Source of the DNA: an uncultured Eubacteriales bacterium | GTDB lineage: Bacteria; Bacillota; Clostridia; Oscillospirales; CAG-272 | Direction of reading: 5' to 3' | NCBI GenBank assembly: GCA_934467415.1 | Contig: CAKSLQ010000003.1 | Coordinates: 77,957 to 141,956, forward strand | Length of the DNA stretch: 64,000 nucleotides | Shown: positions 45,521 to 54,710 of the stretch, one piece after another | Position numbering within the stretch: position 1 is the stretch's first letter | Layout of the letters: every line of letters starts with the position of its first letter | Translations under genes and position numbers: made by a program | Notes under the pieces: model-generated | Databases searched by the model: none | Told to the model about the DNA's origin: nothing | What the model saw: only the letters and a program-made list of their open reading frames with translations

Positions 45521-47629
45521 TCAAGCGTTTTCCGCATTCGGCGCGCCCTCCGCGTCATACAGGAGCGGCGTCATGCTGCGCAGGCTGATTGCCAGCGTCG
45601 ATGCGTTGTGCAGGAGCGCCGAGAAGGTCGGCTGGATCGTCCCGGTGACGCCGAGCAGGATGAGCAGCGAGTTGAACGAAACGATCGTGCGGTAGTTGCG
45701 CCCGATGCGGGCTTGCAGCGCCGCTGCGATGCGGCGCAGGGTGACGAGCGCGTCGAGATCGTCCGAGAGTACGGTCACGTCCGCCACCTCGCGGGCAATC
45801 GCCGCGCCGGTGCTGACCGCGATGCCGACGTTTGCCTCGGAGAGGGCGGGCGTGTCATTCACGCCGTCGCCGACCATGATGACCGTGCGCCCGGCCTCGC
45901 GCTCGGCGCGGACAAAGTTTGCCTTGTCCTCCGGCAGCACTTCGGCGCGGAAGTCGTCCACGCCGACGGCGGCGGCCACGCGCGCCGCGGTCTTCTCGTT
46001 GTCGCCGGTCATCATCACGATGCGGCCGACGCCGCAGGCGTGCAGGGCGCGGATCGCCTCTTTCGCGCCCGCCTTGATGGGGTCGTCGATGCAGAGGATG
46101 GCCGCAAGCTCGCCGCCGATGGCGAGATACAGGTAGGAATATTCGCCGTGCAGCGCGGCGAGCTTGTCCTCTTCGCCCGCCGGTACGCGGCAGGCCTCAT
46201 CCTCAAAGATGAAGTGTGCGCTGCCGATGCACACGCGCTCGCCGTCCACCGCGCTGGCGATGCCGTGCGCCACGACGTACTGCACCTCGGCGTGCCGCTC
46301 CTCGTGTCCGAGACCGCGCGCCGTCGCCTCGGCGACGACCGCATTGGCGATCGAGTGCGGGTAATGCTCCTCGAGGCAGGCGGCGAGGCGGAGCATTTCG
46401 CTCTCCGTATGTCCGCCGAAGGTGACGATGTCGGCGACGCGCGGCGTGGCATAGGTCAGCGTGCCGGTCTTGTCGAAGACAACGGTGTCTGCCTTGGCGA
46501 CGGTTTCAAGATAGTGGCCGCCCTTGACCGTGATGCCGTGCAGGCTGCATTCGCGCATTGCGGAGATCACCGCGATCGGGATCGCGAGCTTCAGCGCGCA
46601 GGAGAAGTCCACCATCAGCACCGCCAGCGTCTTCGTGATGTTGCGGGTGAGCAGCCAGGTCAGCACCGTGCCGCCGAGCGTATAGGGGACGAGACAATCC
46701 GCAATGCTCGTCGCGCGGGTCTCGGAGGCGGATTTCATCCGCTCGGAGTCCTCGATCATTTTGACGATGCGGTCATAGCGTCCGCCGCCCGCCACCTTTT
46801 CCACCTCGACGACGATACTGCCGTCCTCCACGACCGTACCTGCGTAGACAAAGCCGCCCGCGCTCTTTTGTACGGGGAGAGATTCGCCGGTCATCGACGC
46901 CTGGTTGACGGCGGCTTCACCCGAGACGACCTTGCCGTCGAGCGGGATGAGGTTGCCGGTGCGCACCGCGATGCGGTCGTGCGCGGCGATCTCGCCGATC
47001 GGCACGAGAACCTCGCCGCCGTCCTCGATGCGCCAGACCTTGTCCACATGGAGCGACATGGCGTCGGCCAGATCGGCCAGCGACTTCTTGCGCGTCCACT
47101 CCTCGAGTATTTCGCCCAACTTCAGCATGAACATGACGGATGCCGCCGTCTTGAAGTCGCCGCGCAGCAGCGAAACGCTGACGGCAGTGGCGTCCAGCAC
47201 CTCGACGGTCAGCTTGCCGCGCCGCAGGGCGGAAAGCCCCTTCCGGACGTAGCGGATGCCCTTGAGCGCCGCCAGCACGGCGCGCAGCGGGGCGGGGAAG
47301 AACAGCTTGGATGCAAAGCGGCGCACCGTCACGCCGATGAGGCTGTCTTCAAAGTCGCGGTTCAACGCCCGCGTCGAATGCGCGGGCAGATAGGCGTCGA
47401 GCGCTTCGTCGGCCTTGTTGTAGCGCGCAAACGCGCCGATGACGGCGGCGCGGTTGCCCGCGTAGCAGACGACGGCGTCGGCCGTGCGGTCGTAGACCTT
47501 TGCGTGCGTCACGCCGGGAACGGCCGCGAGATACCCCTCCAGCTTGTCCGCGTCGCTCAGCGACAGGCGGCAGCCGACAAGGTGAACGCGCAGTCTGCCG
47601 CGCGTTTCATGCAGGACTTTGCATTTCAT
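45521..47629 (-). CDS. P1B-type heavy-metal-translocating ATPase with non-canonical SCA TM motif
   Basis: TGES, DKTGTLT, GDGVNDTPAL. The transmembrane metal motif reads FSCALKLAIP instead of CPC. The N-terminal HMA-like domain lacks CxxC. Confidence 0.85.
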   Translation of the reverse strand: MKCKVLHETRGRLRVHLVGCRLSLSDADKLEGYLAAVPGVTHAKVYDRTADAVVCYAGNRAAVIGAFARYNKADEALDAYLPAHSTRALNRDFEDSLIGVTVRRFASKLFFPAPLRAVLAALKGIRYVRKGLSALRRGKLTVEVLDATAVSVSLLRGDFKTAASVMFMLKLGEILEEWTRKKSLADLADAMSLHVDKVWRIEDGGEVLVPIGEIAAHDRIAVRTGNLIPLDGKVVSGEAAVNQASMTGESLPVQKSAGGFVYAGTVVEDGSIVVEVEKVAGGGRYDRIVKMIEDSERMKSASETRATSIADCLVPYTLGGTVLTWLLTRNITKTLAVLMVDFSCALKLAIPIAVISAMRECSLHGITVKGGHYLETVAKADTVVFDKTGTLTYATPRVADIVTFGGHTESEMLRLAACLEEHYPHSIANAVVAEATARGLGHEERHAEVQYVVAHGIASAVDGERVCIGSAHFIFEDEACRVPAGEEDKLAALHGEYSYLYLAIGGELAAILCIDDPIKAGAKEAIRALHACGVGRIVMMTGDNEKTAARVAAAVGVDDFRAEVLPEDKANFVRAEREAGRTVIMVGDGVNDTPALSEANVGIAVSTGAAIAREVADVTVLSDDLDALVTLRRIAAALQARIGRNYRTIVSFNSLLILLGVTGTIQPTFSALLHNASTLAISLRSMTPLLYDAEGAPNAENA

Positions 47630-47671
47630 GGTGGTTTCTGTCCTCCGATGGAAAAAACAAAAGATGAATCC

Positions 47672-47698
47672 AAAAAAGCCGCGCTCGGCGGCTTTTTC
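47672..47698 (-). terminator. terminator/attenuator between the small protein gene and the ATPase gene
   Basis: GCCGC..GCGGC stem extended by A/T runs. T6 follows on the minus strand. Confidence 0.55.
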
Positions 47699-47727
47699 GG
47701 CGACCGAGTTTCCTCAGTCCGGATGGC

Positions 47728-48024
47728 TTATTCGGCAGCGGGCGCGACTGCGGTCTCGGCTGCGGCTTCCGCCTCGGCATCCTCGATGACCTGCGCTTCC
47801 TCGGCGGCCGCACGATCCTCGTTGATCGCCTTTGCGTCGGCGAGAATGTCCTCCGCATTTTCCTTGACCGTCGTGTAGGTCTTCATCACGCTTTCCTTGG
47901 CGCGCAGAGCCGCCGCGGTCGTGTGCGTGTAGACCTTCTTTGCGTCCTTGCTCGACAGAAGCTTGACGCCTGCCGTGCCGAACAGTACGCCGGCTGCGAA
48001 TACCGCAAGTTTTTCAAAGCTCAT
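47728..48024 (-). CDS. small protein with a hydrophobic N-terminus and an Ala/Glu-rich helical tail (possibly YtxH/DUF6110-like, uncertain)
   Basis: ATG 48024 with a GGAGG SD. MSFEKLAVFAAGVLFGTAGVKLL.. Directly upstream of the ATPase. Confidence 0.55.
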   Translation of the reverse strand: MSFEKLAVFAAGVLFGTAGVKLLSSKDAKKVYTHTTAAALRAKESVMKTYTTVKENAEDILADAKAINEDRAAAEEAQVIEDAEAEAAAETAVAPAAE

Positions 48025-48260
48025 TGTCAATACCTCCGTGTTTATCGCCCGATGGGCGTTTGTTGCATATGCGGGCAGCCTCGGGCTGCTCTACGCTTAT
48101 ATTAGCACAGGCTAACTGAAAATACAAGCCTCAATTTCGAAAAAATTCGCGCGCGTTCACCCGCTTTTTTATGCAAAAGAGCGAAAAAGGCGTTTCTGCG
48201 CCGAAAAAAGTCATTCCGACAGAAGATGAAAAACTGTCGGAATTTTCTTTGCAAATCCCA

Positions 48261-48289
48261 TTGACAAACGCCATCGGATGTGCTATTAT
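48261..48289 (+). promoter_or_regulatory. sigma-A type promoter for the MarR gene
   Basis: TTGACA, 17-nt spacer, TATTAT. Confidence 0.55.
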
Positions 48290-48336
48290 AGTTGCGCTTA
48301 GAATTGTTCTGTTTAGAACTGTTTTGAAAAGGAGGT

Positions 48337-48855
48337 ATGACGGTGGAGAAAGAAAGCAAGCCGCGTTTCAAACCGTATGAGGTGTTCACAAAGCTGATGA
48401 GCCTCGGCAAGTCGATGCGCACGCATTGTCACCGCGCCATCGAGGCGGACGGCTTTACGCTCAACGAGACCGATGTACTGCTGGCGCTGACGGCCTCGCC
48501 CGAGAACAACACGGTGGGCGCGATCAGCGAAGCCTCCAATATTTCCAAGGGGAATATCAGCCAGGCGGTGGAATCCTTAAAGCAGAAGGGGTATCTCGTC
48601 ACCGAGCAGAGCAGCGACGACCGACGGTATTTCGCGGTGCGGCTGACGGCGGCGGCGGACCCCGTGATCGAAAAGCTGAAGGCGGCGGAGGACGAGTATT
48701 TCGCCGGATTCATGGGCGCGCTGCCGAGCAGCGAGGAGGCATCGCTTGTCACCCGCATCTTCGACGCCGCGCAGAAATTTTCACCGACCGCGTTTTTGGG
48801 CAAGCTCTCCGGTAAGGGCAAAAAAACCGATAAAGATGCCGCAGACAAGGACTGA
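48337..48855 (+). CDS. MarR family transcriptional regulator
   Basis: Winged-helix region ..NTVGAISEASNISKGNISQAVESLKQKGYL..DDRRY.. The start may be GTG 48343, which is better spaced from GGAGG. Confidence 0.8.
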   Translation: MTVEKESKPRFKPYEVFTKLMSLGKSMRTHCHRAIEADGFTLNETDVLLALTASPENNTVGAISEASNISKGNISQAVESLKQKGYLVTEQSSDDRRYFAVRLTAAADPVIEKLKAAEDEYFAGFMGALPSSEEASLVTRIFDAAQKFSPTAFLGKLSGKGKKTDKDAADKD

Positions 48856-48871
48856 GAGGAACATCAAAGCG

Positions 48872-50548
48872 ATGAAAAAGACGAAACGCATTTATACACC
48901 GATCACCAATATCAAGCACATGGTCTCCATCTTCGAGAGCCGCGGCGAGCGCACCATGTTCGATTATTTTGACGCCGACGGCAACATCCGCAGGATCACC
49001 TACCGTGCGCTGGCCGCGCGCGTGACGGCGTTCGGCTCGGGGCTGTACCGCCTCGGCCGCATCAAGGGGAAGCGCACGGCCGTCATCGGCGAGACCTCGC
49101 CCTCCTGGTACGTCGCCTACCTCGCGACCGTGATGTTCGGCGGCACGGCGATCCCGATGGACAAGGAGCTGGCGACCGCCGAGATCGAGAATTTCCTCTG
49201 CCGCGCGGAGGCCGACAATGTGGTCTTCTCCCCGCTGTTCAACGAGAAGTTCCGCGAGATGGCGGCGCGCCATCCCGAGATCGCGTTCATCCCGATGGCG
49301 GGTGCTTCGGACGCGCCTTATTACAAATCCATGGATGAGATCGAGTCGATCGGCATCGGCCGCCCGCACGATCCCTCGTCGCCCGCCGACATGAATCGCC
49401 TCGCCGTGATGCTGTTCACCTCGGGCACGACCGGCACGAGCAAGTGCGTCATGCTCTCCGAGAAGAACATCTGCGCCGCCATCAATTCGGCCTGCGAAGC
49501 GGTCGATTTCTTCCCGCGCGACGTGCTGGTCTCGGTGCTGCCCATCCACCACACCTATGAGCTTTGCTGCTCCCTCGCCGCCGCCAACTACGGCTGCGAG
49601 ATCGCCATCAACGACTCTCTGCGCCACTGCATGCGCAATTTTCAGACCTTCCGCCCCACGGCGCTCGTGCTCGTGCCGCTGTTCCTCACCACGATGGACA
49701 AGAAGATCTGGGACGAGATCCGCAAAAAGGGCGTGGAATCCGCCGTGCGCGGGCTGATGAAGCTGTCCGACGGCACGCGGAAGATCGGGCTTGACCCGCG
49801 CCGCCTCCTGTTCCGCGATATTCTCGCGGCGTTCGGCGGCAGACTTGAGAAGATCATCTGCGGCGGCGCGCCGCTCGACCCGAAGATCGCCGCCGACTTC
49901 CGCTCGCTCGGCATTGATGTCTGGGAGGGCTACGGCATCACCGAGTGCTCGCCCCTGATCGCGGTGGATGTGTACTATCATTCCAAGCCCGGCTCGGTCG
50001 GCCCCGCGGTCACGTCCTGCATGGTGCGCATCGAGGACGCCGTGGCCGATGAGAACGGACACGAGATCGGCGAGATCTGTGTCAAGGGCAAGAACGTCAT
50101 GCTCGGCTACTACAAGGATGAGGCGGCCACCGCCGACGCCTTTACCGCCGACGGCTGGTTCCGCACGGGCGACCTCGGCTATCTCGACGGCGAGGGCTAC
50201 ATCTACATCACCGGCCGCAAAAAGTCGGTCATCGTCCTCGAAAACGGCAAGAACGTCTTCCCCGAGGAGATCGAGGAATACCTCGCGTCGGTGGATAAGA
50301 TCGCCGAGTGCGTCGTCGTCGGCCGCAAGAGCGGCAGAGAGACGGTGCTGACCGCCGTGGTCTACCCGAACATGGAGAAGTTTGCGCCCGACATGCCGGA
50401 GAGCGAGATGCTTGCGGCCATCCGCACGGACGTCAACAAGCTCAACCGCCGCCTTGTCGGCTATAAGCAGGTGCGGAACGTGGAGCTTCGTACAACCCCG
50501 TTTGAGAAGACGACCTCGATGAAGATCAAGCGCCATCTGGTGAAATAA
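48872..50548 (+). CDS. AMP-forming long-chain acyl-CoA ligase
   Basis: TSGTTGTSK AMP-binding motif and WFRTGDLGYLDGEGYIYITGRKK. Confidence 0.85.
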   Translation: MKKTKRIYTPITNIKHMVSIFESRGERTMFDYFDADGNIRRITYRALAARVTAFGSGLYRLGRIKGKRTAVIGETSPSWYVAYLATVMFGGTAIPMDKELATAEIENFLCRAEADNVVFSPLFNEKFREMAARHPEIAFIPMAGASDAPYYKSMDEIESIGIGRPHDPSSPADMNRLAVMLFTSGTTGTSKCVMLSEKNICAAINSACEAVDFFPRDVLVSVLPIHHTYELCCSLAAANYGCEIAINDSLRHCMRNFQTFRPTALVLVPLFLTTMDKKIWDEIRKKGVESAVRGLMKLSDGTRKIGLDPRRLLFRDILAAFGGRLEKIICGGAPLDPKIAADFRSLGIDVWEGYGITECSPLIAVDVYYHSKPGSVGPAVTSCMVRIEDAVADENGHEIGEICVKGKNVMLGYYKDEAATADAFTADGWFRTGDLGYLDGEGYIYITGRKKSVIVLENGKNVFPEEIEEYLASVDKIAECVVVGRKSGRETVLTAVVYPNMEKFAPDMPESEMLAAIRTDVNKLNRRLVGYKQVRNVELRTTPFEKTTSMKIKRHLVK

Positions 50549-50557
50549 AGGAAAATG

Positions 50558-50592
50558 AAAAGGGAACGAACGGAAAGTTCGTTCCCTTTTGT
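50558..50592 (+). terminator. rho-independent terminator
   Basis: 13-bp stem AAAGGGAACGAAC / GTTCGTTCCCTTT followed by a T-tract. Confidence 0.85.
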
Positions 50593-50670
50593 GTTGATGT
50601 GTTTTTCGGCTCCCCTGTGCAAGGGAGGCAAAGAGAGATTGCGCACGGTGCGAGAAATCGGTTCATCTTT

Positions 50671-50778
50671 CAGCCCCCTCGGTGAGGGGGCTGTCACCGA
50701 TAGGTGACTGGGGGAGTTTTGCAGAGAGCAAGACTCCTTCCGTCGCCGTTCGGCGACACCTCCCTCACCGAGGGAGGT
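50671..50778 (+). repeat. HP-II five-hairpin element, copy 2
   Basis: CAGCCCCCT..AGGGGGCTG, TCACC-GATA-GGTGA, GGAGTTTTGC..GCAAGACTCC, GTCGCC-GTTC-GGCGAC, CCTCCCT..AGGGAGG. Confidence 0.85.
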
Positions 50779-50861
50779 AAAAAGAGTAGTTCGTGCAAAG
50801 ATTGCGGCGGGAGAGAGCCACCCCTCCATGCGGTTAAAGTCTTTTCTGTCTTCCTGAATCC

Positions 50862-53192
50862 TCACTGCACATAATCGAGCGCGGTGTCGTCGGCAGGGAC
50901 AAACGCAATCCACGCGATGTCAATGCCGTCGCCCACCTTTGCCTGCAAGCCGTCGTAGGGGTCGATGCGCAGGGTCTTCAGCTTGCCGAAGAAGCCGTCC
51001 GCCGCCGAGAAGTCCACGAGCGCGACATGCCATTCTCCGTCGGTTGCAAGCGCGCCCATCGTCAGATGCGCCGCCGTGTAGGCATAGGCTTCGTCATCGC
51101 CCGCGCAGTAGTACAGCCCGAGTCTGCTGCTCTCTCCGTGGTTGCGGTAGCAGATCAGCATCTGCTTGTTTGCATCTGCGTCGGTCTCGCCGAGCACCAG
51201 CGAAACATAGGGGTCGTAATTGTCGGTGATGCGCAGGGCAGCGTAGCCGTCCTCCGCCGTGACGGCAAGGCCGTTTGCGCCGTCAAATACCGTCCCGACA
51301 AGCGTCTTGTCCGCAAAGTCGAAGAAGGTCTGCGGCGCGTTTTCGCGCACAGGCGGCTTTGCATCGACGACCGAGGCGGGCGCACCGTCCGCAAGCGGGG
51401 GCTTTTCGCCGCTTGCAAAAGTGACATCCAGCCACGTGTTCGCGTCATAGAGGTCGGCGGCGTCGATGCTGTCGCGCGTCAGCGCATCGGCGTCGCCGTC
51501 GGCGTTGTAAAGGACATAGTTGACCTTCAGACTGCCGCGGTTTTCAAGCCCGATGGACGCAAGGTCCACGGCGATTTCGGTGACGATGCCCTCCGTGAGG
51601 ACAGTGGACGCCGCCGTGAATTTACCCTCCGCCGCCGCAAAGGCCGCGCCGATGCCGGACTCCATCGTGACCTCACCCGCCGCGTCCACGACAAGACGGT
51701 AGGCCTTGCCCGCCGTGTCCGCGAGGTAAACGGCGGTGCGGTCGTGCGCGGTCAGGCTGTCATCCCGCCGCTCGATGAGGAGGTAGAGCGTGTTTTTGTC
51801 CTTCGCGTAGCGGAAGGTTGCCTGCGCCTGCGAGGCGCTGCCGATGAAGTGCGCGTCGGTCACGCCTGCCCAGTCGTCGCTGTTTTTGCCGTCGGTGCAG
51901 ACGGCGCGGTCGGCGGCGGGAATGGCGTGGTTGAGATAGAAGTTTTCAATCAGGATCGCGTTGCCGTCCTGGCTGGAGATGGCGGGGTAGACTGCGGTCA
52001 GGCGATTTGCGCCCGTGACCTCGATCGAGCCCCAGTAGCCCGATTTGCCGAAGGCGAGAATCGGCTCGCCGATATTGCGCGCGCTGCCGTCGGCAACACG
52101 CAGGCAGTAGTCATTGCTTCTGCCGTAGCCGATGATGACCTCGCCGCTCGGCATCTTGCGGATGTAGGGCGCCGCGCCGACAAAAAGATTGCTCTGCCGG
52201 TCGGCAGGACCGGTCTTGTCATAGTCCGGCGCATCCGACCACGCCGCGTCCGAATAGATAATCGAGATGTGGAACTTTTTGTCCGCGTCCTTGGATTCGC
52301 AGACGGCGGCAAGCGACCCGTCGTACAGCTCGGTGACGACGCTCATCTGGTCGGTGAAGCTGGGCGAGCCCTCCACGTCGAGGACGTACTGCTGGAAGGC
52401 GATCTTCGCCTGCCACGGCGCTTCGGTGACGTTCGGCGTCCAGGTATAGCCGCCGTCGGTCGAGGAAATCATCGCCGTGCCCGTCGAGTTGCGGTCCTCC
52501 TTCAGCCCCCAGCGCGCGATGCCGGGCGAAACCTGCGAGAAGAAAATCTGGATCTCGCCGCTTGACAGCTCGATGATGGAAGGCTCCCAGTTGACGCCCT
52601 TGTAGATCGAGGTCTCGGTGCTCCAGGTGCGGCCGCCGTCGGTCGAACGGCGCAGATAGATGCCCGCGAGCTCCGGATAGTCACGGTACTTCTCCTTGTT
52701 GCGGTAGGAGGTGACGGCGAGGATGTCGCCGTTTTGCAGCACGACGGCGTCACAGTTGACAAAGTAGGTCACGCCCGCGCCGTTTGGCAGGCGCTCGTCC
52801 TTGTAGCGGTAGAGCTCCGCGTTGTAAAGCACCTCGGGCGCTTCCCAGTGCACAAGATCTTTGCTGTGTGCATAGTAGATATGCGGACCGTAGGTGGCAT
52901 ACTGGAAGAAGAGGATGTAGCTGCCGTCTGCCTTCTTCTTGAGGCGGGGATACTGCGCCTTGATATAGCGCGGCTCGCCCGTGGTGTCGTCGGACAGCTC
53001 GATATAGCTGCGCGCGTCGCCTTCAAGATAGGCGAGCGTCTCGGCTTCGGCATAGGCATTCTCGGCGACGGCGTTCAGGTCGTCGGCTGAGGTCAGCAGG
53101 GCTTCGCCGCTCGACGGCACGGTTTTGCCGCAGGCGGCAAGTGCCAGCGCAAGCGCTGCGGCGGCAAGCAGGGAAAGGGCGATTTTTTTCAT
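50862..53192 (-). CDS. BNR/Asp-box repeat (sialidase-fold) lipoprotein with C-terminal accessory domains
   Basis: Lipobox LAAC. Asp-boxes STDGGRTWS and STDGGYTWT. GGAGGA SD. Confidence 0.7.
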   Translation of the reverse strand: MKKIALSLLAAAALALALAACGKTVPSSGEALLTSADDLNAVAENAYAEAETLAYLEGDARSYIELSDDTTGEPRYIKAQYPRLKKKADGSYILFFQYATYGPHIYYAHSKDLVHWEAPEVLYNAELYRYKDERLPNGAGVTYFVNCDAVVLQNGDILAVTSYRNKEKYRDYPELAGIYLRRSTDGGRTWSTETSIYKGVNWEPSIIELSSGEIQIFFSQVSPGIARWGLKEDRNSTGTAMISSTDGGYTWTPNVTEAPWQAKIAFQQYVLDVEGSPSFTDQMSVVTELYDGSLAAVCESKDADKKFHISIIYSDAAWSDAPDYDKTGPADRQSNLFVGAAPYIRKMPSGEVIIGYGRSNDYCLRVADGSARNIGEPILAFGKSGYWGSIEVTGANRLTAVYPAISSQDGNAILIENFYLNHAIPAADRAVCTDGKNSDDWAGVTDAHFIGSASQAQATFRYAKDKNTLYLLIERRDDSLTAHDRTAVYLADTAGKAYRLVVDAAGEVTMESGIGAAFAAAEGKFTAASTVLTEGIVTEIAVDLASIGLENRGSLKVNYVLYNADGDADALTRDSIDAADLYDANTWLDVTFASGEKPPLADGAPASVVDAKPPVRENAPQTFFDFADKTLVGTVFDGANGLAVTAEDGYAALRITDNYDPYVSLVLGETDADANKQMLICYRNHGESSRLGLYYCAGDDEAYAYTAAHLTMGALATDGEWHVALVDFSAADGFFGKLKTLRIDPYDGLQAKVGDGIDIAWIAFVPADDTALDYVQ

Positions 53193-53262
53193 GGCTTCCT
53201 CCGTTTTTTCGCGGGAATATCATCTGCCTCCATTATGCAGGAAGAAAAACGGCTTTGCAATA

Positions 53263-53295
53263 CAAAAAACCGCATCCGTTTTGGATGCGGTTTTG
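53263..53295 (-). terminator. rho-independent terminator after rpsR (bidirectional)
   Basis: ACCGCATCC / GGATGCGGT stem. T6 follows on the minus strand. Confidence 0.85.
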
Positions 53296-53310
53296 CGCTT
53301 TTTGCAAAAA

Positions 53311-53628
53311 TCAGTCGCTGACGTAAGGGATCAGAGCCATCTGTCTTGCTCTCTTGACGGCAACGGTAAGCTGACGCTGGTGAACGGCGCAGGTGCCCGA
53401 GATTCTTCTGGGAAGAATCTTGGAGCGCTCGCTGACGAGCTTCTTCAGTCTTACGGTATCCTTATAATCGATGTAGTCGATCTTGTCTGCGCAGAAAATG
53501 CAGACCTTCTTCTTCTTCCGCATGGGGCGGAAGGGGCGCTGCTGAGGCGCTGCTGCGGCCGCGGGTGCGGGTGCAGCTGCGGGAGCCTCTGCTGCGGGCG
53601 TTACGTTTTCGGTAACATTCGTATCCAT
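53311..53628 (-). CDS. rpsR: 30S ribosomal protein S18 (with a possible Ala/Pro-rich N-terminal extension)
   Basis: ..[66 protein letters not shown]. Start uncertain: 53628 or the internal ATG at 53523. Confidence 0.85.
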   Translation of the reverse strand: MDTNVTENVTPAAEAPAAAPAPAAAAAPQQRPFRPMRKKKKVCIFCADKIDYIDYKDTVRLKKLVSERSKILPRRISGTCAVHQRQLTVAVKRARQMALIPYVSD

Positions 53629-53701
53629 GATTATGCCCTACTGTAAAGTACAGATTCCTTTCTATAAATTCTTTGCGCCGTGGCGCATCCGACCGCGTGG
53701 G

Positions 53702-54160
53702 TCAGAACGGGAGATCATCCTCGTCGGAGACGGGTTCGAACTTCGGCTCGGCCGCATTCGTGTTGGAATACGACGGCGCCGCGTTGTAAGCGTCGGGCGT
53801 GTATGGGGAAGCGCCGGCGGACTCGGACTTGCTTTCGACAAATCCGACCTCATCGGCCACGACCTCGGTAACATAACGCTTATTGCCCTGATTGTCGGTG
53901 TACGATCTCGACTGGATCGAGCCGCATACGAGAATCGGCTTGCCCTTCTTGAAGAAGCGCGAGACAAACTCCGCCGACTGTCTCCATGCAACGATGTTGA
54001 TGAAGTCCGCCGTCTGCTGTCCCTCGGGCGCGTTCTTGCTCTGGTAGCGGCGGTTGATCGCGATCGTAAAGGATACGACCGAGATGCCGGACTGCGTCTG
54101 CTTGAGCTCGGGGTCTGCCGTCAGATTGCCGATCAGGATTACCTTATTCAAACTTGCCAT
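53702..54160 (-). CDS. ssb: single-stranded DNA-binding protein
   Basis: MASLNKVILIGNLTADPELKQT.. OB fold with an acidic tail ..DEDDLPF. Confidence 0.95.
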   Translation of the reverse strand: MASLNKVILIGNLTADPELKQTQSGISVVSFTIAINRRYQSKNAPEGQQTADFINIVAWRQSAEFVSRFFKKGKPILVCGSIQSRSYTDNQGNKRYVTEVVADEVGFVESKSESAGASPYTPDAYNAAPSYSNTNAAEPKFEPVSDEDDLPF

Positions 54161-54180
54161 AACTACGCTCCTTGTCTCAA

Positions 54181-54492
54181 TTACGACTTGGCCTTTTTCT
54201 CGTGGAGTCTGATTACAAGACCGCGCATGATGTTTTCATCAATGTTGTAGCGGCGCTCCAGCTCTGCGGGGAATGCGGGCTCGCTCGTAAAGTTTACGAG
54301 GACATAGTAGCCTTCGGGAATGTCCTCGATCGGGTATGCCAGCTTGCGCTTGCCCCACTCGTTGACTTCGCCGAGGGTACCGTTCTCCGCGATCAACGCG
54401 ATGAACTTCTCCGCCGTTGCCTTGACCTCGTCATCACCGATCGTGGGATTGACGATGAACAGCGTTTCGTAAGAATTTACTACCTTTTCCAT
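54181..54492 (-). CDS. rpsF: 30S ribosomal protein S6
   Basis: ..YETLFIVNP..WGKRKLAYPI.. AAGGAGG SD. Confidence 0.9.
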   Translation of the reverse strand: MEKVVNSYETLFIVNPTIGDDEVKATAEKFIALIAENGTLGEVNEWGKRKLAYPIEDIPEGYYVLVNFTSEPAFPAELERRYNIDENIMRGLVIRLHEKKAKS

Positions 54493-54710
54493 CTGTGTTA
54501 CACCTCCTTATGGACTGATGGCCATGCACGAACACATGGCAAGGGGGTAGGGTCAACTTCGGTCAACCTATACCGAATCAATATTCTACCATGCAAAAAA
54601 GGCTTTGTCAAGAAAAATCATCAATATTTTTTACGGAACGTGCCGAAAAAACTGCGCACACGGGCGGATTTTGTGCTAAAATAAAGGCAGTTATGGTTTC
54701 GGAGGCAGTT

